From Felis catus (lineage: Eukaryota): a DNA stretch of 64,000 nucleotides. The translations under genes and the position numbers were made by a program. The DNA is taken from assembly GCF_018350175.1 (NCBI RefSeq), contig NC_058368.1, forward strand, positions 70,248,001 through 70,312,000. The letters are read 5' to 3'. Positions 23,371-36,603 of the stretch are shown here, in pieces. Below the pieces are notes generated by a model that worked only from the letters and a program-made list of their open reading frames with translations, was not told the origin of the DNA and did no database searches. Each line of letters begins with the position of its first letter. Positions within the stretch are counted from its first letter, which is position 1.

Positions 23371-25213
23371 AATCAACTGTTCTTTACTCTTTGCTGCTTG
23401 ATTATGACAGCTGCCTTCTAACAGTCATCTTGAACCCCACGTACTCATCCCATGAGCCAGGCATCTCCTTCTTACAGTTTTCCTGTATTTTTCAAAATTT
23501 TAGCAATAAATTGATATTTCTTTTGTAATCGAGGAAAAAACTTTAAATTGGCTCTGAGCTTCCAGGTAGCCAGGACATTACAGCAAACACCATCAGTTCC
23601 CTAATTCATATCACCAAAAGGAGAAAATGTACCAAGCTGTAAGGCAAGAAAAAAAAATTTTTTTTAAGCTTCTCATGCAGAGATTTGCATAAAAAGGGAC
23701 TGATTAATATACTAGGTTCTCCACATGTGTATAGGAAATGCAGCCGCAAAGTTCACAATGCTTTCTCACCATGATCTCAGAGCATTATACTTAAATCCTG
23801 GGTAAAGGAAAGCAATTCTAAGAGCAAGATGGTCTTGTAATCTATCACCTTCAAATGGTCCAATTTATGAGAAGGAAATTCTCAGGACTTAGAGGAATGG
23901 AGTTACTATTGCCAGCTTTCCTGCTACATAACTTCTCAGGCTATGTCAAGTGCCCTGGTTCTGTTCTGCTCATTTGGGACAACCAAATGCTTTAGAAGTC
24001 TGCCAGTCTAGGAGAGTTACATGGTATAGTATTTAAGTCCATAACCTAAACCTCCAAGTACGATGTGGTTTCTCTAAAGGGTTCGTGAGATCGATATCTA
24101 AGGACACGAGAGTGACATCTGGTCAGAGCAGTCACAAGAGGAAATGACATCTTAGAAGGATGGGAAGTAGGTGGCCAAGATGTTCTTTGCAACATTTCAA
24201 AGAACAAGGTATATGCTGGACCTCTGGATTCAAGTCCACCAACATTTACTGAGCTCCTACTATCCAGCAGCCTCTAGTTCTTTCATATGTTACCTGGTTT
24301 AACTCTTACAAGAAAAAACAAAAACAAAAACACAAAAAAAACCCATCTACTAACATTATCAAAGGTATAGAGTTTTACTGTTTAAACAGAACAGAGTAAA
24401 CCCTGTGGGAAAGTAGGAACACTTCAGAAGAAGGATGGAATGAATGCTTCTGTATAATGAGTTTCAGTTCTTAGATTTTAATATTTATTCAAATACAGAT
24501 TGGGTACACAAAACCATGAAAACTTTAGAGAAGATTTATGGAAATTTCCAAGGGCAATTTTTTACCACGAAGAAGGCTAACTTTAGATTCTACAGCTCCC
24601 AACTTCCCCCTCCCACTGTAAGAATCAAGCTCCGTCATATTTTGAAAAGCAAAGAGTTTACAACCCTCTCACCCAGGATTCCTACACATGCCTTAAGACC
24701 AGTTTAAATGCCACCTTGTTCCTGCTAGCCAGGATTGATTAGCTCCTCCTCTAGCAACCCTGTGAGCATTGCTTTTATTTACCTCTATTTTGGAGCTTTT
24801 CACAGTCCACCTTTTATTAAGTTTGTATGTGTCACACTCTTCAGTGAGACTATAAATTCATGAGGGCAGGAACTAGATCTTAACCACCTTTGCATCTCCA
24901 GCATCTTAAGTACTGCAGGCACTCAAAACGCATTTGCTGAATTCAGTGCTTATGTTAGTTTTGTGTCACTGGTTATCTTTAGCTCTAAAGTAAAATTTAG
25001 TAGTTGTAGAAATACGCAAACATTTTCATTTGTTAATGGCCCAAATTAAGGCAAAAGCATTTAACTGTTAATAAACTGAAACCCAACAGACCATTTACTA
25101 ATTAAAATGTTCCTTTCTGCCAGCTAAGAAAATATTATCCTGCAAAACTTGCTAGACACTTTCCAGACAAAGGTATACTTGGAAACAGTATAATTGAACC
25201 TTTAAGAATGCAT

Positions 25214-25426
25214 GGGGTGCCTGGGTGGCGCAGTCAGTTAAGCGTCCGACTTCAGCCAGGTCACGATCTCGCGGTCCGTGAGTTCGAGCCCCGCGTCAGG
25301 CTCTGGGCTGATGGCTCGGAGCCTGGAGCCTGTTTCCGATTCTGTGTCTCCCTCTCTCTTTGCCCCTCCCCTGTTCATGCTCTGTGTCTCTCTGTCCTAA
25401 AAATAAATAAACGTTGAAAAAAAAAG
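25214..25426 (+). mobile_element. Young SINEC_Fc
   Basis: Diagnostic ttcagccaggtcacgatctcgcggtccgtgag with intact CpGs. TSD aagaatgca. Confidence 0.95.
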
Positions 25427-25440
25427 AAGAATGCAAATAA

Positions 25441-25670
25441 GGGGCGCCTGGGTGGCTCAGTCGGTTGAGCGGCCGACTTCGGCTCAGGTCACGATCTCGC
25501 AGTCCGTGAGTTCGAGCCCCGCGTTGGGCTCTGTGCTGACAGCTCGGAACCTGGAGCCTGTTTCGGATTCTGTGTCTCCCTCTCTCTGACCCTCCCCTGT
25601 TCATGCTCTGTCTCTCTCTGTCTCAAAAATAAATAAACGTTAATAAAAAAAATTTTTTTAATAAAATAAA
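25441..25670 (+). mobile_element. SINEC_Fc-like Can-SINE
   Basis: Full-length, CpG-rich. TSD aagaatgcaaataa. Confidence 0.95.
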
Positions 25671-25868
25671 AAGAATGCAAATAAAATTTTTTAGCAATGA
25701 ATTGTATAAAATTTAAAACTGCATTTTGCTGTAGCTAATAATCACATAAGGAGTAACCCATATGAGGAATAAATATCAATTACCTCAAGAAAATTTCCCA
25801 CTCTTCTATTAGGGGCTCTTAGCATATCAGAAGGATATTTAAAACATAACAATTAACTTTAAAGGCTA

Positions 25869-25899
<31 letters not shown>

Positions 25900-25900
25900 A

Positions 25901-25931
<31 letters not shown>

Positions 25932-25934
25932 CAC
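25869..25934. repeat. Compound microsatellite (AT)n(AC)n(AT)n
   Basis: Directly visible. Confidence 0.95.
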
Positions 25935-26041
25935 CTTTAAGGTATGTATATTTAAATAAAATATATACATATAAAGACAAACATAATTTGGGGTAGATTT
26001 ACATATATATTAAACATATGTCTAAATATTAAACAACTATA

Positions 26042-26265
26042 GGGGCGCCTGGGTGGTGCAGTCGGTTAAGTGTCCAACTTCAGCCAGGTCACGATCTCAT
26101 GGTCCGTGAGTTCGAGCCCCGCGTCAGGCTCTGGGCTGATGGCTCAGAGCCTGGAGCCTGTTTCCGATTCTGTGTCTCCCTCTCTCTCTGCCCCTCCCCC
26201 GTTCATGCTCTGTCTCTCTCTGTCCCAAAAATAAATAAACGTTGAAAAAAAATTAAAAAAAAAAA
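26042..26265 (+). mobile_element. Young SINEC_Fc
   Basis: Diagnostic cagccaggtcacgatctc. TSD attaaacaactata. Confidence 0.95.
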
Positions 26266-26308
26266 TTAAACAACTATATATGCATATGTACATATATACA
26301 TATAGACT

Positions 26309-26336
26309 ACACACACACACACACACACACACACAC
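26309..26336. repeat. (AC)n microsatellite
   Basis: Directly visible. Confidence 0.95.
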
Positions 26337-26737
26337 GTAGTCTCTACTCCAAAGTAATCATCTGTTTTCTCTTGTTCTGGGACAGTGAAACAGCAAGCAC
26401 AAATTAAGAAAAATTGCAAAAAGGAGCAAATGATAGATTTTCCAGTGTATTGTCCCTGGTCAGATCGCGGGCCAAAGAAAAGAAAGGGTGTCAGGGAAAT
26501 GATCTGCCCTTCTGAGAGAAACAAAAATATAGGATACAGAAGGCACAAGAAGCAGCAAAACAACAGGGAGTGGAAGTCACAGATGTAGGACACAAAGTGA
26601 TAGTTACGGTGGAAGAGGGATATAGTGATGAAAAGGGCAACAGATGTGGGAGCAGGTAGAGATGGGAGAGGAACAGGTTTTCTGCATCAGACCCTTGGGG
26701 CCTCTTTGAAAAGTTAAAATAAAAACAAAATCTGATA

Positions 26738-26854
26738 GGGGCACTGGGTGGCTCAGTCAGTTAAGCATCAGACTCTTGATTTCAGCTCAGGTCATAATCT
26801 CAACAGTTTGTGGGATTGAGCCCCATGCAGGGCTCTGTGCTGGCAGTACTGGGA

Positions 26855-26887
<33 letters not shown>

Positions 26888-26942
26888 CCCCCTCCCATGC
26901 ACTCATGTGCTCTCTCTCTCAAAATAAATAAATAAACTTTTT
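26738..26942 (+). mobile_element. Can-SINE
   Basis: Full-length. TSD aaaatctgata. Confidence 0.92.
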
Positions 26943-27042
26943 AAAATCTGATATAAATTCTGATGCTCACCTCAACTTTTTTTTTGTCATCAGAGATCTA
27001 ATCAAATGATCACAGAAATAGAATCTGCATCATCATCTAGTC

Positions 27043-27182
27043 TAGTGGTTCTTAGCCTGGAACTCAAGGCTGAACTTGGGGGGGTCCATGAACCCTCAAA
27101 AATTACATTCAAAATTTTGTGTTTGTGATTTTTCTGAGGAGAGGCCATTAGAGTTTATCTAACATTCAGAGGAGGGGCCAAG
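27043..27182. mobile_element. Degenerate hAT-Charlie MITE
   Basis: tagtggttcttagcctgg terminus and ggggtccatgaaccc motif. Subfamily uncertain. Confidence 0.5.
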
Positions 27183-27798
27183 GGAAGATCATCCACTCAC
27201 AGAATAAGGAAACTGAGGTCCAGAGAAATGAGCTAGAGAGCCAACCAAAGTTTGGGGATACAAAGCTCTTCACCTTAGCAGGTTCAAATTCTATTTAAGT
27301 AGAGACAACAACAGCAATTTAAACACCAGGCACCAGTTAAATAAACAAGCCATCCAATGGCAATCACCACTGTCAACACCTACAGTCTGCTCATTTGTTG
27401 AGTGATGGCCAGTCAGCAAGTGGGTCATTACAGGAAATGTCATGCCAGATGCACAACCCAGGGCCAATAAAGTATACCTCCAAAACAGGGCAAATCAGCA
27501 ATCCAAACTATTTTCTGAGAACTTTTAATGACTTTGAGAAAATGCCCACAGTAATACACACATACAAGACTCAAAATAAATCTATGACTGCTGATTAACT
27601 CTGGTATGTGAGACTATCAGTAATTTTTTTTCTCTAAACCCTTTCCAAATTTTCATCAAAAGCACTTATTACCTCTATATTCAGAAAAAAAAATGAATAT
27701 GCTGTATTGCAAGATAATGGTATAGAAAAAGCTCACACTGAGGTTTTAGCCCCCACTATACCACTCAACAGCTGTGTGATATTAGAAAAGTCACTTCA

Positions 27799-27991
27799 GG
27801 GGTGCCTGGGTGGCTCAGTCAGTTGAGCAACTGACTCTTGATTTCAGTTGAGGTCATGATCTCACGGTTTGTGATATCCAGCCCCACGTCAGGCTCTGCG
27901 CTGATAGCATGGAGCCTGCTTGGGATTCTCTTTCTCTCCCTCTCTCTCTCTCTCCCTCAAAATAAATAAATAAACTTAAAAAAAGAGAAAA
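27799..27991 (+). mobile_element. Can-SINE inserted into a MIR
   Basis: TSD aaaagtcacttca. MIR core motifs on both sides. Confidence 0.92.
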
Positions 27992-28804
27992 AAAAGTCAC
28001 TTCACCTGTCTGGGTCCCACAAACTTCACCTATAAAACGAAGGACTTACACTAAAAAATCTTACAGCTCTACAGGTCTATACTAACCATTAAAACTTCCT
28101 TTATTGATTAGTTTCAGGGAAAATAAACCACTGCAATGAATGATAAACATTTCAATATCCCATTTCCCCACTACACACAAAAGAAAAACACAAAGACTAA
28201 ATAGTAAATGTTTCTAAATGCAGAGGACCCTCCTCCAGAGGAGCAGGGACAGAGCTGAGGGGCTGGCAGATGACAAGGACCACAGGATGTTCTATCGGTG
28301 AGGAAGGATGTCACGGGGAGGCTGGCTGCCCTCTCCACACAGCTCTGGGATAAGCCCACAGTACTGGGACAGCAGAGCACAGGCTCTGAAGAAGGCTCTG
28401 TTTTCAGATGAGGCAATTAAGATGGAGAGTCCTTCATTTCTAAAGACTGCTCTCCGGTACTGGGGGTGCGAATTTAGGACAGCAACTTCACCACCCTGGG
28501 GGCCCCAGGTCCCTCACCTGGAAAAGAGGGATCAATGTCCACCATTAAAATTCTAACCAGATTGAGTACATTCCCAAGACCCAAGCGGGTAATGGATGTG
28601 TCCCACTGTGTGCAGGAGTACTGCACGCAGCCACAAATATTCAAGAAGCTTCCCAGTAAAGACAGCCTCACCTCCGCCCATGACATCCCCTTTCCCCTGC
28701 TTCCATTTTTCCACAGCCTCTATCACTATCTGGCATTCTGTATCCTATTTTCCTTATTTGTTCCATGTCTGTCTAATCCCAATTAAAAAAAAAAAATCAA
28801 AGGC

Positions 28805-28910
28805 AAAGAAGCTCTGTGAGGGCAGAGATTTTTGTCTATTTTGTTCACTGCTCTATTCCCAGGTCCTAAAACAGAGTAGATGCTCAAAAGATATTTCTTG
28901 AATGGATTTA
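28805..28910 (+). mobile_element. L2 3' end
   Basis: aagctctgtgagggcagagatttttgtctattttgttcactgct..gaatgg motif. Confidence 0.75.
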
Positions 28911-29665
28911 GAAGAGTCAGGATCCCCGCAGTCTGGAAATGGAACTTTTACACTCTGCACACCAATAGTTTTTCTGTAAACTGTCAGTTTATTTTAATCA
29001 CAATAATGATACCTCAGCCAGCAATGTCAAAGATTTGGTTTAGAGGTGGAAATTTACAAAGCAAAGGAAAACATAATGTTCCTGGGATTTTTCTCAAGAA
29101 ACGAAACTCCTGGCCTGAGTTACGGAGGCCTGGCCAGCCACACAGCATCACCCCTGACGGAGGTGTCCCAGCACATTTTATCTACCCTTGTCAGCTTTAA
29201 GCACTGCAGAAAGGGTGGCGGGTATGTGGTGTGTACACAGCAGGCGATCCATAAATGTTTGCTCATAGAATAAATGAAGAAATTGCCTCATCTTGGTTTG
29301 ATTCATCACAGACCCAAGCCTCACGGAAGTTCAAATGAAGAATTTTCTAACTTTCCTCCCTACGTGCCAAAGGTTGAGGTTAAGGGCCAGATAATGTATG
29401 CTTGGTGAGAAAAACAACCAAAAGCTTTTTTTTTTTTTTTTAAGCACTAAAGTTTTTCCTTCTAAATAAAATGCTTTATTCAGTTATAAATGGAAGACAA
29501 ACGTCCATTCTTTCACTTCTCCCCATATCCACCCCCCAAAGCAACCTAATGAAAACCGCAAATGACCACCCTCCAAGTTTACTGGTTCTGTAAAATCTTT
29601 GTGTAGGTTAACTTCACTTAAAGAGAGTTCCATCAGTGCTACTAAGGCTCAAAACTGGTGGACCA

Positions 29666-29883
29666 GGGCACCTGGGTGGCTTGGTCGGTTAAGCACCCAA
29701 CTCTTGATTTCAGCTCAGATCATGAGCTCATGGTTCGTGCGATCAAGCCCCATGTTGGGCTCTACCTGACCTCGAGGAGCCTTCTTGGGATTCTCGCTCC
29801 CTCTCTCTGCCCCTCCCCCACGCACACAAGCACACCCACACTCTCTCAAAATAAATAAGCAAATGTTAAAAAAAAAAAAAAAA
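29666..29883 (+). mobile_element. Can-SINE
   Basis: Full-length. TSD aaaactggtSgacca. Confidence 0.92.
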
Positions 29884-30631
29884 AAAACTGGTCGACCACC
29901 TTGATTTATAGATGATGGGGATGGGGCTAGCTGGCAGAGGGCACAGGGCTCTGATTACTCCCTGGTGTCATAGTTCATGGCCATCAGCCACCTATCCTGG
30001 GGGCAGGAGAGAGGACAGGCCTCCAGGCAAAAGCAGAACACCTACTTCTGCAAAAAAGGAAAACACGCCCCAGCTGCAAGGGGAAAGTCCACCAGGAAGG
30101 AGGAAATTTGGCAAAGTGAGTTATGGAGTACCCCCTAGTGCTTCTGGCCTAATTTAGCTTACAATAATACCGGTTCCCTAACAATAATTGGGAAATCCCC
30201 ACCTTTAAAAAGCAGATTACGTGCCCTGCATAAGATAAACTCATCAGGAGCAAAGATGATGTATCCCTTCTCATCCTGCTGCCTAAAGGATGGTTTTCCA
30301 CTTCTTCCAAGCTCATTGTGATTGATTTCCTATGTGAAATCAAGAGACTGCCAAGGAATAGAAAACAAAGCCAGTTTTAGGGGACTCAAACGTTATTCCT
30401 GGACAACACATCCTGACACGTCAAACTTTCCCCCATGCGTGCTTGCAAAAATATGGAACTAATCTGAATGAATTTCTTCATAGATAAGCTACAAATAAAG
30501 GGACCAGGGCAGGAGATACAAACACAGTGCATGGGAAGGGTCACATGCCAAGGAAGACACCAAGGTTTGCCTCCTCTGCACCTGCCAAATCAAAACACAC
30601 ACACTTAGAAACTGATGGTGGCGGTGGTGGC

Positions 30632-30660
30632 GACAGGGATGGTGACAGGGATGGTGACAG
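30632..30660. repeat. 12-bp tandem repeat (gacagggatggt), about 2.4 copies
   Basis: Directly visible. Confidence 0.85.
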
Positions 30661-31205
30661 AGCTGTAGCCACCTTTGCTCCTTTACTAAAGTTGTTTGAA
30701 TAGTCCTGTTACTTCTGCTACATTTCGGTGGTTTTACTTAATTTCAGCTGCCCCCTCTCACACAAGGGGAAAAACTCAAACAAGGGGAAGAATATGGTTA
30801 AAAGAAAGAAAGTGATGTTTAATCAGGTTCTGAATACTGGAACACTAGTGGCTGTGAATATTCTTCCACTGGCCCTTTCATAAAAAGAGCCCAGGTCTTG
30901 AAGTCCCTCTGTTGATTCAAAAATAGGTTAAACACAAAACAAACAAGGCTTCCATGTCACACAGAGCACTTAGGAACTCTCCAGGCACACACTTCCATTT
31001 ATGCTTTGCCAAGACCAAAATCTATAAGCCAATACTTATTATTATTATTTTATAACTGTCACACAAGAATCTCAACACAAAGAGAAGAGGAAAGGGAAGA
31101 TAATGAGTAACCTGGGGGATAGCAGAGGTGGGCAAGGAAACCATTACCCGAGTCCCTACTAGGTACTAGGCCCCCAACATACATTCTCATTTAATTCAGA
31201 TCAAT

Positions 31206-31416
31206 ATGTTATGTTATGTTATGTTATGTTATGTTATGTTATGTTATGTTATGTTATTTTAGAGAGAGAGTAGTGGAGAGGGGCAGCAGGGGTGGGGGGG
31301 AGAGAACCCCAAGCAGGCTCCACGCTCAGCACAGAGCCAGAGGCGGGGCTCGATCCCACAACCCTGGAATCATGACCTGAGCCGAAATCAGGAGTTGGAC
31401 ACTCAACCAACTGACT
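31206..31416 (-). mobile_element. Can-SINE whose tail has expanded into (ATGTT)10 at 31206-31255
   Basis: SINE body on the minus strand with a perfect pentanucleotide array in place of the A tail. Extreme 5' end missing. Confidence 0.88.
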
Positions 31417-32340
31417 GGTTCGATTTAACCCTTATAATAGTAGCACTATATTAGGTGTTTTTGTTTATAGAAACTGGTGTTCCTATAAAGTTAATAACTT
31501 ACCTTAAGTTTGCATTAGTTACTATGCTTTGGAGCTTTGTTTCAAAATCAATCTTAAATCTGGTAACTAAATAGATCAAAATTTTTATTTAAGTTTTATT
31601 TCAAACATAATTTTATCTCCCTTTTGAACAGAAATCTCCTTAGGGGAGCCACTGAAGTTTAATGTTAACAGCAGTTGTGTCTGAACTATGGAAATAATGC
31701 TTTTATTTTCCTTTCTTTCTACTTATCTATATATTCAAAACTTCTCTCAAGCATGTGTTACTTTAAACACATTCAAAAACTTTTTTAAAGCCATTTATTT
31801 ACTATTTGGGAAATTTTTAAAAATTCATGTCCACAAAGTAGCTAATGCATATAACATGTTCCTCCAGGGGCACAACTTGTGGGAAGGTTAGTGAGGTATC
31901 CAATTCAGGAATAGAATTTAAGAAAGCACCAAAACTCAGTAATTAATATAGATAAAATTCAATGAAATTCTCAAAAAATCAAAAATAATACCAAAAACAA
32001 AATGCCATGATAAATAAAACTTGAAATGAAAATGGGTTCGGTATAAATGAACTTTATTGCCTCAGGCTCCAGCACGGCTCTGCTCAGCGAGGGCTTACTC
32101 TGGGCCCACCACTGTGATGCACAGGATAGTTATTCCTCCATCAACCCTGAGACAGGTACTCTTATTTTACAGAGGAGGAAACTGAGGCACGAAAGTTAAG
32201 GAGTTAGTCCAAGGTCACAGAACTAGTTCAAGGTCACAGAGCTGGTATGTGGCAAAACCACTTTAAACAGGGTAATAAGGGGTCATTTGTACTTTCCTTG
32301 AGCATAAGCGTAAAATCAAAGTCTGTTTAAAACTGCTCTT

Positions 32341-32570
32341 GGGGCACTTGGGTGGCTCAGTCGGTTGAGTGTCCAACTTCGGCTCAGGTCATGATCTCAC
32401 AGTGTGTGGGTTCGAGCCCCGCATCAGGCTCTGTGCTGACAGCTCAGAGCCTGGAGCCTGCTTCGTATTCTGTGTCTCCTTGTCTCTCTGCCCCTCCCCC
32501 ACTCACGCTTTGTCTCACTCTGTTTCTCAAAAATAAATAAATGTAAAAAAAAGAAAAAAAATTTTTTAAA
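32341..32570 (+). mobile_element. Can-SINE
   Basis: Full-length. TSD aaaactgctct. Preceded by a MIR fragment at about 32130-32260. Confidence 0.93.
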
Positions 32571-32683
32571 AAAACTGCTCTCCAAGCAAGCAGCTTGTCA
32601 GATAAAGATTTAAACTCAAGCTGAACACACATTCTTCTTCCTTAGATGATTAAGTGATTCAGTGGCAATTTGGGCAAAGAACC

Positions 32684-32718
32684 AAACCCCCACTACTAAA
32701 ACCCCCACTACTAAAACC
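32684..32718. repeat. 15-bp tandem duplication (aaacccccactacta)x2
   Basis: Directly visible. Confidence 0.9.
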
Positions 32719-34852
32719 TCTTTTCTTTTGTTTAATTGTTCACACAGAGGTGAAACCTCCTAATCATTCAAAGTTTGGAACAGAGGGAGGGAAAGGGAAA
32801 ATGTGAGAGCAAAGACTTTCCTCTCGCTCTAATTCCCCACAGGAAAGACACTAGAAACAGGCAGTATAACCTGGAGATCTGCCTCCTGAGGCAGGGCAGT
32901 CTCTCCACGTGCTGAACTGTGATGAGCCCCAGAGACAACCCCTGCTCCCCCCCCACCCCCACCCCCAGCCTGTAGGGCAACAAGGCGCAGAGGCCCTTGT
33001 GGTTTCCCTGCCCTCCTCACCACTGCCTGCCCAAGGTCTTACAGACAAAGACCACTGATTGTCTGCAATGCCTCCCCATGCCTCCAGAAATGCTACCTGT
33101 TAATCTGGAATATTCCCTTACCACCTCCTGATCTTAACCTGTCAAATGCCTGCTCACCTCTGTATGATGCAGATTCCAGAAAACACCCCAAACTGCTCAA
33201 TTGGAATCTTGAGCTGAGACCCATGGGCCTGCGCAGCACCCAGGTGAGACCTCTTACAGGCGTTCATCCATCTATGTCTGAGAATCACAGATCCTCATTT
33301 ATTAACTTAAAAAGAGACAAGAACACCCACAATGTTTAAACACAGATCCATAACAAGGAAATGTGGATGGGTTCCCAGATATGTCTCTGCGCAGGTATGA
33401 CACAGATGATTGCCCTTGGCTGAAAGCAAGGGGTGGCATAAGGATGAGGCCAAAACGCTTACTATTCTCCACAGGATGGAACACACATCCTTGGCCTTAT
33501 CAAGATGCCATGGCAGGCTTTGACTCATTAGTGACTGATCATTTCTATTTACCTGGACTTTGGGGAAAAACACAAATTTGTGCGTAGATTCTTCCACCAG
33601 AATTACCCTTCACTCACCTTCCTCTCTTCTTTTCCCCTGGGCCCCTGTCAGAATGAAATGCCTTTCAATTTCGAGCCAATGAGAAAGAACCTACAGAGCA
33701 AGACAAGTTTCACACGTCTCTCAAATACTTTTAACAGTATGATCACAGACTGAAACACCTGCTTATTAGCAGGATAGTTTCCCAAAGAGAACACAGAACA
33801 AAACCAACCCTAGGGTTTTGTTGCCTGGAATCCCTTCTCAAACACCTTGTTTGCCAGCTGAGTTAAAAGCTCTCATTCGACTTCAAATTTGTGACCCTAC
33901 GGTTGCTAACTGAAAGCAATGAAGCAATCTCTTTAGAGAAAGGCAACTGCATGTGTAAGGATTTCCTTTCTCCCGCCATTAGAGGAATAAGATGCCAAAG
34001 TTACATCCTCCATATGTATCCTCCACAACTCACTGCAATTAGGCCAGTAATGAAAAAAATACCCCTTACCCAATATTATAGGTTCAACACACTATTATTT
34101 TCCCCTTTTAAACAGAATCTCTTACTCAGATGTGTACATTAGATTCATGACAACTTTCATGAGCCTTCAATGCTGATTTAAGACCTGAAGGCAGTAAAAT
34201 AAACAAAAAATCTCAAACAAGTTTTGTTTGGCAGCATTTTTAAATGGAGACTATGTTAACACTTCCCCAACATCTCATTTTGAAATAACTGCAGCATATA
34301 CTACAATGTGTGTTCACTGATTTCGGGGCAAACATAGGACTTCTGGGTTTATTGCAACAGATTTAAATCAACCAAAAGGGTCAGCAGATCCAGCTCCCCA
34401 GACATGACATGCCACCTCCAAGTCTCTACTTGTCGGGGACACAGGCTCATCAAATTAGGACACCAAACTATCTGATGGTCAAGTTCTTTTCGGCTCAGAT
34501 TTTCTGTAATTCAGTGATACATATTACCACTGTGGCTAGCTGGGCTTCCTTCAACCTTCAACCTACTATGACAGTAATTTTGTCACATTCTGAGCGACCC
34601 AGCATTTATTACATAAGAGAACTTCTTAGGAACATTCGTGAAAGTAGTCAATGGAACGCTCTCTGTATTTACTCATTAATCCATTTGTGAATGAGCTGAT
34701 TCATGCATTAACTCCCCTGTCTGCTCAATTAATCACTCAGCAGGCATTTGCTAACCACAGGGCACTGTGCAGGACTGAGAGGTGAGGAACACACAATCCA
34801 GTGGGGAGCAAGTAACTTCAATACCACGAGTGGCAGAAGAAACAGGCTAGGC

Positions 34853-35152
34853 CTGTGTTGGCCAGTATGACAGCCATTGGCCACTGAGCTACTGAGCATT
34901 TGACATTCGACTAATCAAACTGAGATAAGCTCTACATATAAAATATACACTGGATTTCAAAGGCTTTGTATGAGAAAAAACGTAAAGTATCCTATTCGTA
35001 AGTTTTTACTGATACATGTTGGATAAGACTTTGAATATACGGGGTTAAATAAAGCATACTATTAAAATTAATTTCAACTGTTTCTTTTTACTGTTTTTTT
35101 AGTGTGAAATTCCATATGTGACTGGCATTATATTTTTATTGAACAGTTGCTG
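34853..35152 (-). mobile_element. MER33-like hAT-Charlie element
   Basis: Same motifs as the 11341 copy (attaaaattaatttca.ctgtttctttttact). Confidence 0.78.
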
Positions 35153-35804
35153 GGCTAGATGCTCCCAATCCTGGGTTCTCTTCCTGGTCAGACAGAAAGA
35201 CCACCGTTTCCAATTTCCTCAGACAGCATTAAGCTACTGCCATTTGGTTGCAGGAAGAGTTGAGGAAAGACAACCTCTCAAGAACTCTCCGGATAAGCTT
35301 CAGAGATGAGGTGCATGTGAAAGGCGCCTACACGTGTGGGTCTCAAACTCCGTTGTGTCAGAATCATTCAGAGAGCTGTTACAACACAGACTGCCCGGCC
35401 CTCTTCTATGCTCTCTAGGCTGCTGGAGCTGGGAGGGAGACCTGTGTTGGCTCTCCTCCGGGACTGAGGGGCTGCCACAAGCCTCACTGTCCCACGGCTG
35501 CCTCCAATGCAGCAGGTCTGGAGGCGCTCCTGATGCTGCTCATCTGGGGACGCACCTTAAAAACCAGGGTCTTAAAGGGTAAGCAAGCCTTCGTCAAGCA
35601 GTGAAGATTACAAGAGGCATTCCAGGGAAAGGAACCACGGATACAGAAAGATTCGGAGGGTTGGAGGAACATGGTGGGTTGAAGAACAGTAAGACCTGAA
35701 GTGAAGAAGCATCATAGGGCCTGGGGGAAGGGGGGCATGGAGAAAAGTAGAGACTTCCATTCCACGGTCAGGAGTTTGAATTCTCCCTCCTTAATAACAT
35801 TGCA

Positions 35805-36015
35805 TTTTTTGTTAATGTTTATTTTCAAGAGACAGAGACAGAGCATGAGAGGGGAAGGGGCAGAGAAAGAGACACACACAGCATCCGAAGCAGGCTCCAG
35901 GCTCTGAGCTGTCAGCACAGAGCCCGACGGGGGGCTCAAACCCACAAACAGTGAGATCATGACCTGAGCCGAAGTCAGACGCTGAACCGACTGAGACCCC
36001 CCCCCCGGGTACCCC
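35805..36015 (-). mobile_element. Can-SINE
   Basis: Full-length, with a C-run expansion in the head. Confidence 0.92.
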
Positions 36016-36581
36016 CACTTCCTCAATAAAGCAGAGCTTTCCTTTCCACAGCATATGTAGTAATAAAAATAATTAACATAAATATGAGTAACTGCTAATA
36101 CTTCAATTTCCTACCAAATTCCCGGGAAAATGACAGTATAGTAATTTTACCCCTGTGGGCCAAATGTGAGACTCCAAATTCCTAATTCTTGGGCCAACCA
36201 CCTAGCTAGTATAATCTTGTTATGTTACCTGAGAAACGATGTCACCACTATCTAGCTGCCATGTTTGCGCCATAAGCAGAGTAACACTTGCCTTCAACCT
36301 ACTTCACAGAAACGTTTGGGAGATTAGATGTGGAAATTAAAAAAATATGCATTCCTAGGAAAAGGTATATAATTGACATGCAAAGAGCGTCTATTATTTT
36401 AACCAGGTACTACCCAACCTGGGGAGATACAAATGGCTGTCGTGGAAAGAAGCAACCAGAACTGACAAATACCATGGAGGAAGGCAGGGACTATGAGGAA
36501 CAGCATAACTTCACTAGGAATCCTTTCCAGTGGTACCATTTCAAGTGCCTGTGCCCTCCTTCCCACTATTCAGGACAGACT

Positions 36582-36603
36582 GGGGGGGGGGGGGGGGGGC
36601 GGG
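36582..36603. repeat. G18 homopolymer plus cGGG
   Basis: Directly visible. Confidence 0.9.
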
